This document shows, one piece after another, positions 14,801-27,950 of a stretch of DNA of 64,000 bases. Origin of the DNA: Lingula anatina (lineage: Eukaryota > Animalia > Brachiopoda); contig CM120644.1 in NCBI GenBank assembly GCA_051362555.1, forward strand, positions 17,568,534 through 17,632,533, given 5' to 3'. The first letter of the stretch is position 1; each line of letters begins with the position of its first letter. Under the pieces are notes generated by a model. The model was given only the letters and a program-made list of their open reading frames with translations. It was not told the DNA's origin and did not search any database. The position numbers were made by a program, and so were the translations under genes.

Positions 14801-17515
14801 TTCATCAGCTCTGTAAATATAAAGCCAAAAAGTAAAGCTGCCTTCCACTTATCGTGTTTACAATGAAAGTGCAAGGCGCCGGCGCCGGCGATGACGGGGA
14901 CGACAGACGCAGGTGATGGCAATATGTGCAGACACATCTATATATATTTACTGTACTGTTTGAGAACAGTAAGTGACATGGTTTTTCTTAAATGGTCATC
15001 ATGGGAGCAGTGCCCAAAATAGGTTTTTTTCAAATTTTGATGCAATATTACATAATGTTTAACAGCATAATGACCATCAATTTTTAATAATAAAATATTA
15101 GTATCATGGATATTCAGAAAATGTGACTAGCAAAGGTCTTCAGGCCCATGGAACTTCAAAGTCACAACTTGAAAATGCCAAAATGTAAACAAGACAGCAC
15201 TGTTCTGAAATGTTTTTTTTTCCATTTTTAACAATTTTTAACATAAAACAAAATTAACAGTTTACTGCCACTTTTATATGATCAACTAAGAAAATTGATG
15301 AGATGGGAAAAATTTCAATAGAGCAGTGTTAAATGTCCAATTCCTTCCATTCTGAGATTCTGAACATAGTGAATGATTGAATCTGACAAACTGCAATGAT
15401 ATGAGTTTATTTCCATTTTTGAAACTTTATTACACAATACACGATAACAAGTTTACCATCATTTTTACAAAATCAACTAACAATGTTGTAAAGATGCAGG
15501 AAATGTCAAACAAAAACTTTTACGTATCTTATTAGTTTAATAATGAGACTGTTAACATGCCTAAGAATTGAATCTGAGGAAATGTGAAAAATATGCTGAA
15601 AAGTGAAAAAACAGCATTACTTCTACAATAATGGCCCGATCATGCTGATTTTTGAACTTGACCTGCGTTTTATGAATATTCATCAGCTCTGTTAATATAA
15701 AGCCAAAAAGTAAAACTGCCCTCCACTTATCGTGTTTACAAGGAAAGTGCACGGCGCCGGCATCGGCATCGCCATCGCCATCGCCATCGCCATCGCCATC
15801 GCCATCGGCGACGACAGACGCAGGTGATGGCAATATGTACAGACACATCTGTGTCTGTACATAAAAAATAGATACATAAAACTGTTTACTATGAAACCGA
15901 CACCGAAGGTCGACTATCCTGGGGCATTGTATTATGAAAGTTAGTCTCCGTAAACATTGTGCTTGTAGCCTAGCCCAATCAAGTAGTCAATAAATAAATA
16001 GATAAATAAATAAAACATTTCAGTAATCTTGACATTTACATTATTTCTGTCTTCTACTTACTACATAGTTTCCCGTTATTGGAACATCCCCCAGATCCTG
16101 ATGGGCACTGACTGCAGCCTTGACCACTCTTGTATGGTTTCTGGCCCTGGTAGTTACCTCTATATAAACACACCCAATAAAACAGTAAGTTATAGTCACA
16201 GATAGGTCGCATTTACCATATAAAAAAGTATTTTACCTTAACACAAACCTGTTTATTCAAAAAGCATGATATGTAGATCAACGCACTTAGATTTTTTAAT
16301 AGTCTGCTAGTTACATCCTCATGTATATCGGACATTTGTATATTTGTACCATTATATGCACACACATAGACATGTACACGATATGTGGCCAGTACACGAG
16401 CAAAGAACGCATAACACACACATATGCAACATACTCACACATACCCTAGCGTGGACTAACATAAATACACTTCATACGCACACAAACACACGAACGTGTA
16501 CACACTCACAACCACACAGACACATAACACTGACACACACATACGCATGCACGCACGAGCGCACGCACGAGCGCACGCTCATACTCACCCAGGGAAATAG
16601 TGACAGACGACATTCCACCAATTTTGGGACTGCGCAAATGGCGACCCCGTGGTGCAGTATGCGATACCACATCCCAGGCGGTAACTGTTGGCCCATACAA
16701 GCTTGAAAGTGACAGGAACGAGGAATACATGTACATGTAGGTCAGAGCAACTGTGCAACAATTCCTCGGGATCGACATACACTGTGCATACTATGCACAA
16801 ATAACAGTTCTCATCTTTGCTGCTTTCTTTAAGCCAAACGGAAACTAAATAACTCACTAAAATAATTTTAAAATAAGTGCAGGTCGAAATAATTTGGTCA
16901 AGTCGACAGATGTCTTTGTCACTTTTTTTATAAAAGACCTCCCCCCCCCCCCGCCTCCTAATACACACACGCACTTAACATTTGTTTACACAAATTAGTT
17001 TACAAGTGTGACAGGAATGGAAGTCCGCTAGGAACCGTGGTCCGCTTCCCATTACTTTGCACAGGTGACATTCGTCCCATATCCCAACCCCAACACTCCA
17101 ACTAACCCTAACCTGTACTAATCATATGGGAGCCCGAACTTCCATTCCTAGGACTTTCATTTATGTTACACTTGATAACAATTATCATCACCACTTACCT
17201 GTGTATAGTGTCCACACACTTTCCCATTGTTACACGTATTGGAAGCGTAATTATAATATTGATTCTCTGCATGAAGACTGTCCACGACGTTTGTCGCCAG
17301 ATTGGTCGGTTTCTGGGCCGAGAAGGCTGTCCTTGCCCATAGATTCTGACCTCTGTACTGGGGTGTGCTGAAGTCGTAAGGGCAGCCGGTGAGGTCCACG
17401 GTGCCGTGAGCCCATATGCATCTGTTGGCGTACGCCTGGGCGTCACAGTTGGCTAAATCATCGTCCCATACCTTAAACAAACGATTTACTTTTATTTTTT
17501 TCATTTTTTTTTTTG

Positions 17516-17560
<45 letters not shown>

Positions 17561-20500
17561 CTTTTGTCAATTTGGGCCACACACAGGGAAGTGCAGCGGG
17601 CCAGAAATGCCCATTAAGCAGTCACTATAATGTTTTAAATGCTATGAGCCGTGCAAGCAAACGTGGTCGCGACTTCATCATTTAAGTCTGTCGAAATAAG
17701 TTTTCTCCTTAACACTTATCGAATTATCATTCAAAATTTTTTATACAACTACAAGTTTGTGGCAGAATGGAGGTGTGATAACAAAGCTGGTTATCTATTC
17801 ATATTTGTGTGTGTGCATGCGTTAACTCACCATACGTGTCATATCAGATGCCGGTGGGTTCACATTTGCCCTATGGAAATTGTGACGGTCCACAAGACCT
17901 TGTTTCTCCTGAGCAGTGAACCCATTCGCTGGGCATGCGCAGTTGGCTTGACGTTTAGCACGAGGAGCTGAAAAGACATCGAAAATCATGACTGTATATC
18001 TTAATCATGCAACATCAGAATACGTACAGATTGGTTTTTACACGTACTTTCTTTTGTAGCAGAGGAAATATTCAGAGTCTAAGGTTTTCATTTTAATTAC
18101 ATGCAGTCTTAGAGTCTTGACGGAAACGTTTTAAGAATTTTCATGAAAGTTCAATGACCTTTGCAACGGTTGCTATCATTCATGTACAGGGAGACCCTGA
18201 AATCTGGACCTACCCAAAACGCATATTTCAAATAATAATTATTATAATAACTTATAATATTTATCTTATTGAAATGCTAGAACGATGAATAAATAACCAT
18301 ATAAAAAGATACTAGCTGTCCTGCGTGAATATAGCAATATTCCCTATGTGTCTAGATTCAACGACGCCCTATAGACTGTAGCAAATGGTACATTAAAGGA
18401 CTTTCAATTATGCAAATAGCAGCAATAAATACCGTACAATTAACTTGTATATTGGCCTTAATGAAGTGAGGAAGCTACAGGGTTAAGTAGAATTAATGGG
18501 TACATCAATCTGTTGCCACGCGTATACATCTTCTTCTCACTTAACTGTTCGTGAATGCCTCCATCATTTGTCTATTAAACAACCATATAAGTATAAGTAT
18601 AAGTATAAGTATAAGAAATAAACCCATGTCAGAACAGTGCTGTCTTGTTTCACATTTCCTCAGATTCAATTCTTAGGCATGTTAACAGTCTCATTATTTA
18701 ACTAATAAGACATGTAAAAGTGTTTGGTTGACATTTCCTGCATCTTTACAACATTATTAGTTGATTACGTAAAAATGATGGTAAACTTGTTATCGTGTAT
18801 TGTGTAATAAAGTGTCAAAAATGGAAATAAACTCATATCATTGCAGTTTGTCAGATTCAATCATCTACTATCTTCAGAATCTCAGAATGGAGGAAATTGG
18901 ACATTTAACACTGTTGTATTGATATTTTTCCCATCTCATCAATTTTCTTAGTTGATCTTATAAAAATGGCAGTAAAACGTTTATTTTGTTTTATGTTAAA
19001 AAATTGTTAAAAATGAAAAAAAAAAAAAAAAAAAAACATTTCAGAACAGTGCTGTCTTTGTTTACATTTTGGCATTTTCAAGTTGAGACTTTGAAATTCC
19101 ATGGGCCTGAAGACCTTTGCTAGTCACATTTTCTGAATATCCATGACACTAATATTTTATTATAAAAAATTGATGGTCATTATGCTGTTAAACATTATGT
19201 AATATTGCATCAAAATTTGAAAAAAAAACTATTTTGGGCACTGCTCCCATGATGACCATTTAAGAAAAACCATGTCACTTACTGTTCTCAAACAGTACAG
19301 TAAATAAGTACAGATGTGTCTGTACATATTGCCATCACCTGCGTCTGTCGTCGTCGCCGTCACTGTCGCTGGCACTGGCGCCGTGCACTTTCATTGTAAA
19401 CACGATAAGTGGAAGGCAGTTTTACTTTTTGGCTGTATATTTACAGAGCTGATGAATATTCATAAAATGCAGTTCGAAAATCAGCATGATCGGGCCATTA
19501 TTGTAGAAGTTATGCTGTTTTTTCACTTTTCAGCATATATATGCAACACTGAAAATACATTTCAAGGAAAACTGATAGGCCTGTTGTCATGAAACTCACA
19601 GGAGTGGTCAATCTTACTAAAATGCAGGTTGAGTTTGAAAATCAGCATAATACAGCCATTATACGGCATGTTAACAGTTTCAATTTTTAATTAATAAGAT
19701 ACGTATAAGTGTTTGTTTGGCATTTCCTGCATCTTTACAACATCATTACTTGATTATGTAAAAATGATGGTAAACTTGTAATCGTGTATTGTGTAATAAA
19801 GTTTCAAAAATGGAAATAAACTCATATCATTGCAGTTTGTCAGATTCAATCATTCACTTTGTTCAGAATCTCAGAATGGAGGAAATTGGACATTTAACAC
19901 TGCTCTATTAATATTTTTCCCATATCATCAATTTTTTTAGTTGATCATATAAAAACGGTAGTAAACTGTTAATTTTGTTTTATGTTAGAAATTGTTAAAA
20001 CTGGAAAAAAAAACATTTCAGAACATTGCTGTCTTGTTTACATTTTGGCATTTTCAAGTTGTGACTTTGAAGTTCCATGGGCCTGAAGACCTTTGCTAGT
20101 CACATTTTCTGAATATCCATCATACTACGGTAATATTTTATTATTAAAATTGATGGTCATTATGCTGTTAAACTTTATGTAATATTGCATTAAAATTTGA
20201 AAAAAAAAACTATTTTGGGCACTGCTCCCATGATGACCATTTAAGAAAAACCATGTCACTTACTGTTCTCATACTAACAGGAAAGAAATATGGGACTAAA
20301 ATACAGCTTCAGTAGGCAATGCAGTCTGTTTGGTAATTCTTACTGCCAGTTAAACGTTTTTTTTTTTTTTTTTTGTGAAAATTTAATTTTTCACATATTG
20401 GCATTTTCAAGGTGTGACTTTGAAGTTCCACGGGCTTGAAGACCCATGCTAGTCACATTTTCTGAAAATCCGTGATACGTTTTTTTTATTATTAAAAATT

Positions 20501-22549
20501 GACGGTCATTATGCTGTTAACCATTATGTAATATGGCATCAGAATAGAAGAAAACACAATTTTGGGTGCTGCTGCCATGATGACCATTATGGGAAAACCA
20601 TGTTACTTATGATTGCCAAACTTTCAAAAAAGAAATACAGGACAAAAATGCAGCCTGAGTTGGAAAAGCAGTCTAATTGGCTTCTTTTTCTGGAAGTTAT
20701 ACATTTTCAAAGTGTGAACTTGTTACACATTTTACTTACATTGGTATTTCCTGTTGAGCATAATTAAAATTTGATGTTGAATTTGCAGTTTAACATAATG
20801 TACTTTTGCATCAGAATTGACAGTAGCCTATTTTGTGCATAGTTATTTCCTGTTTTTTGTCTGTACATTTGACAGCTTTGCTGCCTTGTTATAATACAAT
20901 TCTATGATAAACGCAGGTGCGCCTCACTCATCGATGCACAGCAGAGGCCAAGAAACTAACTTCCCTGTCCATCTGAACTGGAGTTTTTGTCATTTAATAA
21001 TACTAGCTAAACATGTATACAACTACTGCAATAGGCCTACATCTATCTTACCTGCGTCAATGGTCAACGGTAGAATTGATGCTACGAGGTACAGCGATTG
21101 GAAAAAAGTCTGAAAAGACAAGATCAATTCAAACATAGCAATTTAGGTTCAAGATGGAGGAAAGAGAGCAGTTTTTTTTTGAAAGAGGGCTGCAGCACAC
21201 TTCTAATATATTTGTAATTGTCAGAGGAACAGATCTGTAAAGTCCCTAAATGAAAAAAGAAATAGTGTATTCGACCTTAAACAAATGTTAATAGAAATCT
21301 CTGTAAGGGTAACCCCCCAGTAACCTGGGGATAATGACATCTCTATCTTTTTCTCTCTCAAAACATACCATTGCTGTTACTTTAGTGAGTGCAAGACCCT
21401 GCAGAGATTTAGTCACGGTGGGGAAATTGAAAGAAACTAATGTTCCCAATAAAGGTATCAAAAATGCCGGTGTGCCATTATGCTTCCACCTCACGTGTAG
21501 TTTAAACCGCGGATGTCATGGCCCAATTACCGTGCTGTGGTTTTTAACGGTTTCGTCGTGAAAGACCACCAGCTGATTCGGTGTGTATCAGGAAAATACA
21601 ACATTGCATTCAAACCAAATGAAGCACATGTTTGCAAAGAATATAAAACGGTCTAGTTATTTATTTGATACTGTGTGTATTGCTTTAATTAAATTACCCA
21701 AAAATGTACTTAAGGATCAATGTTTATGCATGATTATGGCAACGACGTTGCATACTCTACAAGAGGACAGCGAATGCTCACTGACTGGCCATCGGTACAT
21801 GTGACAGGTCCGTTTGCAATGATTGGTGGGCGGAGGGCAATCACCTTGGCTGACAGATCACTTGAGAGATTCAAAAAAAGGGACTAAAATCAGTTGGTAA
21901 CTGCTCTTTAGGAGAATGATTACTGCGTTGACAACTACTGGCTTGGAATCAGGATTAAAGACTTTTCTTGTCAGGAACAATTTTATGCAGTAAGAAAAAG
22001 ACATTATGGAGAAAATGAGAAAGTGAGAGTTGAGAAAATGTATATTGAGGCTTAAGAGGAAACCTCAGTCAAATGGAAATGTAAATTAAAAGATAAATCC
22101 TAAAAATGCAAAACGGTGCTCTAGTACAACACGAAAAAGCAATCAGTTACAGGATTTAAACTTTACGTATGATGAAAACCTGGGCCCCTTGTCTGCTTTT
22201 AAAAAGTAATCACTGTCAAAATATGAAAGCCAAACTATGAAACTTATTGTACATAAAAGTGCCACTTGCCCAAGCATTACAAATGCTATGCAAACCATAC
22301 ATGTATATCAGCAAAGTCTCTTTTCTCTTTGATGATTTTTCTTTGCATAGAATTGCACTGGTTTTCTGGGACGATATTTACAAAGTTTGGATTTGTTTGG
22401 TAGGATGTACGAAGCTGCGTGTGAAAGAAAAGAAAATAAACAAACAATTTCAAATGCCAATTTTAAATACCATCAAATACCATCAGCAATGTCAATTTGA
22501 AGAACATTGATTATCAATTCAGCATTGGACTCACCTTCAGAGCGAACAT
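753..22549 (-). CDS. Secreted CAP/SCP-domain protein with 28 tandem EGF-like repeats (CLEC18/GLIPR1/PI16-like); multi-exon, 3' end uncertain
   Basis: Exons in transcript order: 22549-22535 MFALK; 21109-21052 TFFQSLYLVASILPLTIDA (signal peptide); 17967-17831 APRAKR..HNFHRANVNPPASDM; 17471-17199 VWDDDLA..GQNL..GHYTQ; 16701-16589 LVWANSYRLGCG..VVCHYFPG; 16159-16062 GNYQGQKPYKSG..CSQC; 13147-13106 linker; then 28 EGF exons from 12281 down to 753. All junctions are GT-AG and the frame is continuous. Confidence 0.9.
2078..2100. repeat. (TG)n microsatellite
   Basis: Direct reading; similar (CA)n or (TG)n tracts at 8795-8830, 24904-24931 and 60508-60546. Confidence 0.9.
4372..8550 (-). CDS. EGF exon block 2 (11 near-identical 105-nt exons, CNKECxHGFLRTSDCKCICDDLWTGELCDK type)
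   Basis: Exons 8446-8550, 7948-8052, 7570-7674, 7198-7302, 6800-6904, 6409-6513, 6034-6138, 5640-5744, 5227-5331, 4818-4922, 4372-4476. All have GTGAGT donors; period is about 400 bp. Confidence 0.92.
8093..8182. mobile_element. Tiny MITE in an EGF-block intron
   Basis: Imperfect TIRs CCCAGCAAATACAGAA / TTCTGTGATTGCTGGG; the homologous neighbouring introns lack it. Confidence 0.5.
8859..12281 (-). CDS. EGF exon block 1 (9 exons, mostly CTKNCGANGYLNxQTCTCICNQGWTGTLCDQ type)
   Basis: Exons 12183-12281, 11837-11935, 11264-11371, 10882-10980, 10522-10620, 10319-10417, 9955-10062, 9360-9455, 8859-8957. All are multiples of 3, phase 1-1, with GTAAG donors. Confidence 0.9.
12446..12703. mobile_element. 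GC-rich MITE-like element (GGCGGATCC/ATCCGCC family)
   Basis: GGGCGGATCCAG at the left end, AATCCGCCACTG at the right end, and G/C runs inside an otherwise AT-rich intron. Confidence 0.5.
13168..15863 (+). mobile_element. Non-autonomous Helentron-like (HINE/DINE-1-type) element with an internal ~1 kb tandem duplication
   Basis: Starts AACAAGG, with subterminal ATGTACAGACA at 13190. Ends in a perfect 13-bp hairpin TATGTACAGACAC-ATCT-GTGTCTGTACATA (15834-15863) followed by an A-run. Contains a (GCCATC)n microsatellite. Block ~13780-14940 is repeated at ~14960-15850. Confidence 0.7.
16062..17967 (-). CDS. CAP (SCP/PR-1) domain exons 3-6 of the CAP-EGF gene
   Basis: Motifs HNxxR, GQNL, GHYTQLVW, GCG and VVCHYFPGGN, followed by the hinge PYKSGQGCSQC. 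Exon lengths 137+273+113+98 = 621 nt. Confidence 0.93.
17517..17775 (-). repeat. Interspersed repeat with a (TAA)n tail, probably a retroelement 3' end; copy 1
   Basis: Aligns with 27951-28205 (shared GCTATGAGCCGTGCAAGCAAACGTGGTC and TACAACTACAAGTTTGTGG), both next to (TTA)n. Confidence 0.6.
18630..20890 (-). mobile_element. Second copy of the same Helentron-like element in inverted orientation; hairpin end missing
   Basis: Reading 20890 leftwards gives the reverse complement of 13168 onward (...GACAGCTTTGCTGCCTTGTT). 19311-19620 mirrors 14600-14940. Confidence 0.75.
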
Positions 22550-22660
22550 CTTGAACCGGTAACAAATCAGAAAACGGCCTCTGAGTTCCTAACCTGAAGA
22601 TCTGTTTCTCCTTACCTAACCGTTACCAAACGGGGGATGAAACACCCGATAAGCGTTCGC

Positions 22661-22675
22661 CCCTTATATATCGCC
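22661..22675 (-). promoter_or_regulatory. TATA box of the CAP-EGF gene
   Basis: GGCGATATATAAGGG on the minus strand, about 115 nt upstream of the ATG at 22549, within a locally CpG-richer patch. Confidence 0.6.
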
Positions 22676-24899
22676 GCCTTTGGACGTGCCCGAATTATTC
22701 CCGCTTGGTAACGGTGAGGTGACTACAGTCGAACGTCGTGACGTGCATATTAATTCACGTGTGGGTACTACTGAGTGCCTCTTTCACGCGGTCACATCGC
22801 GTCCGCAAACTAGGGGTTTAAACACCATTTAAACAATTTATCAAACGGTTAATCTTTTTGCACTCTCTGATAAGGACAGTTACGTTGTGTTGTACCAGAG
22901 CCATTTAAACTTGATAGACATATTAGAAAGTATCAGAAATACAAAAAGAGATGAATAATAATTACAATAATAATAATGACAGAGAAGAATAAAAAGATAA
23001 AGAAAAATGTATGAAAAATTTGAGTTACAATATTGATGAAAATGTGACTCAAACAGTATTGTTATAAATTAGCTAAAATCTAAATATTTTTTTACGACGA
23101 CAAGTTAACTAATTGGACAAAAATTAATTCGAACGGGATTAAAAGGGCGTGACTGTAGTATGGGAATATAATTATTCCATTATGTCCTATATCTATTTAA
23201 CTAAAAGGGTGTAAGCAACTTTTACTCTTCCTGTCATTGTAAGATATGTTTGCATAAAATATACAGTTTATGTCTGACTACTTTATTACAGGATGTATTA
23301 AAGAAACGTTATAGTGCCATTTTAGTTTCCGTTTGTCTTATTGTCAAAGAATAATGGTACCTTTGATAAGGACACGAACATAAAACTTAACTTTAATTAA
23401 AGCTTTTCCAACATTGGTTAAATAAGATGCAAATGCGCCTGCGTGGTGTTTATTGTAAGGAGGCTATCTCAGGAAGCCTTCAAGCTCACAGGGTCCGTCA
23501 GAGAGTCACTTTTCAAATTTAACTTTCTTTAAAAATAAATTAAATAGATCTTGCTGCATAATCTTGCTGCATTGTTATTGGGATGACTGTTGATAATATT
23601 TAAATAAAATATATTATTTGCTCTCTTCTGTACAAATCACAGACGCAATATCGCTTAGACAGCAGATAACAGATTTCGAAATTGAAGTTCACTGGGGCCC
23701 AAATCGTGCACTAAATCAAAAGTACCTGTCCCTTCTGACACAAGACACATGCATAGTTGCCCGATGGAATTGAAAACTGTGCCTGCAACATGGCATGACT
23801 TACGTTTCAGTTCAATGCAACTTATCTAAATTGAAGTAGACAACATCTGGGGCTAAAATTTAGACCAATTTTTGAGATTTTAACCATCTTGTGAAACCAG
23901 CTCTCTAAGTCAGTCCTTTTGCTGTATTATAATTCAAGTGTTGTACAACGTATCTGGCTGAAGTGCGTAAGTAAAACACATTAAAATCTAAATACCAATT
24001 ATTTTAAAATTACACGGAGTCGCACCAGCTATTTCGTTCAATCTGGGCCCCATCATGGCTTCTGGGTTTAATGCTCTGCACTTAACGGCGCAAAAAATAT
24101 GCAATGCACGTTATGTTTTGTAAAAGAATTGCTTTCCAATTGATATCTGTGTTGTGTGCATTTGACCTAGTTCTTGTTAATTGTTTTTTAGAGTAAATGT
24201 GGATAAGCAAAAAATTCCTATGCATGTGATCTTTGCCCTTTTTCCGTCTTTTTTGTACATGTATGAGGGGTTTAAAAGTTTCCAATGAAACCGAAAGGAA
24301 TTTTATTTCCATAATCGACAAATACATGCATTATGTTACGGATGTAAAAAAAAAATACTAACAATCGAAACAAATTTTAATTAAAATTTAAATTGAACAC
24401 ATCAAAAATAGCCTTGCAACAAAACATAACTAAAGAAATCATCCATTTGACTATGGTAGACGGTTTCTTGGGGCAAATCCATTATTTACAAAGGTGTGTT
24501 GTACACAATAGTTATCACATTTAAATAATTGTTTTTAAACTACCTAATAAGTGCATATTTGACTGACATTAGTGACTAATGACTGCTGTTTATTCTAATT
24601 TGGATTAATTGTGATATACTGTCAATTCGTGAACAGTTTTCTTTGTCAGTGATATTATAATTCTTTGGGCCGCGATTAATTGAGGGGATATATCATTTCA
24701 TGGTCAAGATTCGGTAATTTTTGACTAATTGCATGAGTTGTTATAATAGAGTGGTTTCAGATTGAAATGAATTGAAGTGCATTTAAGTGCACTGTGGGAC
24801 AAAACCTGAATATGTATTCTTCTTTCATGTGCAGGTTTGTGTGCATGTGTGTGTATGTGTTTGCGTGGGCGCGCGTAAGAGAGTTTGTGAGTGTGTGCA

Positions 24900-24931
<32 letters not shown>

Positions 24932-27198
24932 GCCTGCGCGAACGTGATTAGTTTTTTGCTCATTAATTAATAGATCAGTGCATAGACGAAAGCCTGCATG
25001 GGGACAATCAATAATAAATAAATAAATAAATAAATTTACAGAACGGTAAAAAATGGAAATTACCTAACCTTATTTTGAGGTCACTGGGCGTTCGCTGTTT
25101 TGTTCCGAACAGTTTGTAAGTGAAAATGAATCATATTAAAATCATTATGCCCTTATAAAAGATAATTCATATTCTGTACATGCCAACTCGAACATATTTC
25201 ATTGATATTAACCAATGGCTCATTATATTTGGGTCATTGTATTAACCGACCATAAACAAGAGACATTTGTAACAATTTAATTAAGTTTTGCGTTCAACAT
25301 GTTCACTTAAATTACCTTAAATACGTCAGAGTACGCGATGCATGGTGCACACGAACCGTGCTTACTGGTGTTTAATAGACGGGTTGCTTTGATAAGCCTG
25401 TCTTTGTACAAAAAAAAAAAAAAAAAAAAAAAATCAGAAGAAGTGCATCTTTGCTAAGTGAAGGCTCACTTGCACACAAGATCGGTGGCTTTATGGTAAG
25501 AGAAAAAGTGAAATAAGTCCAAATGCTGAACTCTTGAAAGAAAAAAGAGTTGATAGAGAAAGTTGAAGAACGTATTGCTAATAGTTGCAATTAGCTGAAA
25601 TAGGCAACAGAAAGGAAACAGAACCGTTCCCAACCCATTTCACATACATTTATCATTTTACAGATCTCTTCAATCTCTCTCTCTCTCCTTCTCTCTCTCT
25701 CTCTCTCTGTGCATGTATATGTACATATACTAGTTTGGGATTTTTGCGTGTGCGACCGGCGCAAGATAGAGATGATCGCCAGAGGGGCTATAAACTTAAC
25801 CAAAACAGTCCTTTTTGAATTACGAACAAGGAAGCAAAACATATTTTTAAGGTTTCGTTCACCAGAAAGAGCGGTTTGAAATCACCACAGCAAAGTAGCA
25901 ATACTGTTCATTCGTGCTTTTAGATAAGATAAAGGGACATTATTTTAGCTAAATGGGTACGTCGGCTTTTTATTCAAAGAGCACGCTTCGAGTGTTCAAA
26001 GAAACTGACAATAATGCTAATGGGGTAAGCATGATGCCAACACACATCAAAACATTGTACCTTAAGTGATATGCGTACATGAAAACAGAGTAAATTGCCT
26101 TAAGATAAAATGTAATTGACAGCACTGAATATATAATATTTTGTTGAAAACCGCTTCCAGACACCGCTTTTACAAATCTCCGTGAGAACATTTGCGGTGG
26201 CAAAGTGAGTTAAGTACTATTTTCTCAGTTGACGTGCGTCTTATGCCAAACGCTCTCCTAGGTCAATATAAATAATGATATCATATGCGTTATCTGAAAT
26301 GTTAGTTGTTCCGAATGCATTGTTCAAAGTGTGTGGTCAAAGTCATTATCAACGGAGCGGGGTAGCGCGTTCCCCACAAACACTTCTAAACAATGCGCAA
26401 GGTTTAAAACATGTACGTTGCAGTAAACCGCGTAACAATACATATATATTAATGCATTATACTCCAAACTCCTCGTGATAAGTGTACCAGTAACCACAGC
26501 GGCCTTGGGCGACGTGTACCAGGCCCCACGTCTTGGGGACCTGGGACAGAAATAAATCCTGATGCTATCAAACTTGATGAATTGCCGTCGGCAAGACATT
26601 TTCCTGTGCTCGGAAAATCCAAGCATAGCAACGAGAATTTTGAGAGAGAGAGAGAAAGAGAAAGAGAGAGAGAGAGAGAGAGCAGGAATAAGGGGCAATT
26701 GACTAATTCATACGATAGGAACGTCCAATATTTTACTTCCAACATTTTAATTTTGTAATGTTACAACCGATAAGGTAAAGAATAAGATTTCATCGAAATT
26801 TGAAAGAATCGTGGATTGAAAAGTATGAAATTTGATATATCATTAAGCAATTATCAAATTATTGGTTCACAAACGGTAAGTTTAACAGTAATACAATATG
26901 ATATTCCAACCTGATCAAGCTTAGCAATAAACTGATTATCTAAATAGAATTATGAATCAGATCTCTATGATTATCCATTCGTACAGTATTGTCTCGTAAG
27001 AAGAACAGCTTTGTAATACACTTCAAATCGTTTCCCATCATGTAAAACACTCGCGTTGTACTTCCCCACCAGACATCTAGGCTTTCAAGAGAACATTGAA
27101 ATCGGACATATTTAATTACTTTAGCCGTCCCCATATAATGTCTTTTTAACACGGTTAATGTGTATCAAAACGCCATCTTAAAAGAACCTGCATGGCTG

Positions 27199-27482
27199 CC
27201 CGCACGAAAACGAAGTAGATACTCCAGCGCAGTAGACTACTGCAATCATACTACAAACATGCTTCAAATCTGCTTCGATTGGGGAGCTAATTAGCATATT
27301 TGAAACATGCTTCTATCATGCTGCTAATCTACTGCATTAATGCTCCTCCTCTGTACAACCCTATGTAATTTTTGAAGTAGAATTGCAGTAGGCTATGCTG
27401 CATTTCTACTGCAAATATGCTCCACACCTCTACTGCGTTAATGCTTCTTTGCTACTTCGATACTACTGCATTTTCTTGCGGG
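27199..27482. mobile_element. MITE-like element with internal CTACTGC repeats
   Basis: Imperfect TIRs CCCGCACGAAAACGAAGTAG / CTACTGCATTTTCTTGCGGG. Confidence 0.45.
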
Positions 27483-27950
27483 ATGGGCTTACTTATCAGG
27501 TCAAGACGTGGTAGGAAATGAGGATAAGTAAACCTACAACAAAAGTATATCTATACTTTAACTTTTTGGGGGAAGAGCTGTGACTGCAGTCCATGTCAGT
27601 TAAAATCGGGGATGAACGAGAAATTGTAAAATTGGCTCTGGGAAGGGGGGCGGGGGCTCACACCTAAAATTTCTCCTCTGTAGGGTGCGTTCAAAGATGC
27701 GTCCAGGTTCACCAAATGTTAGCAGCACTCGGCGTTTTACACAATGTAGCTGCCGCTGACTGCAACAGGATTTTAGAATACTCACTAAATTATAAAGATC
27801 TTTGCAAAATAAACCTACAGTGCCAGAGACAGTATAGTTTCCAGGGCAATTTATTCACTTTTACATGCAGCAATGATGCAATTTTTGATTACCGTACGTG
27901 TAACCGTTTGAGAATCAAATTTTGCATAAGTCAATTAGGAAGATGGCACA

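Noticed and set aside
16344-16778. His/Thr-rich and Val/Cys-rich ORFs
   Set aside because: They derive from degenerate (CA)n simple sequence in an intron.
14358-19592. Recurrent ORFs MCLxILPSPASVV.. (14698-14937, 15561-15848, 19314-19592)
   Set aside because: Incidental frames within tandem units of a non-autonomous repeat; no recognisable domain and frames are not preserved between copies.
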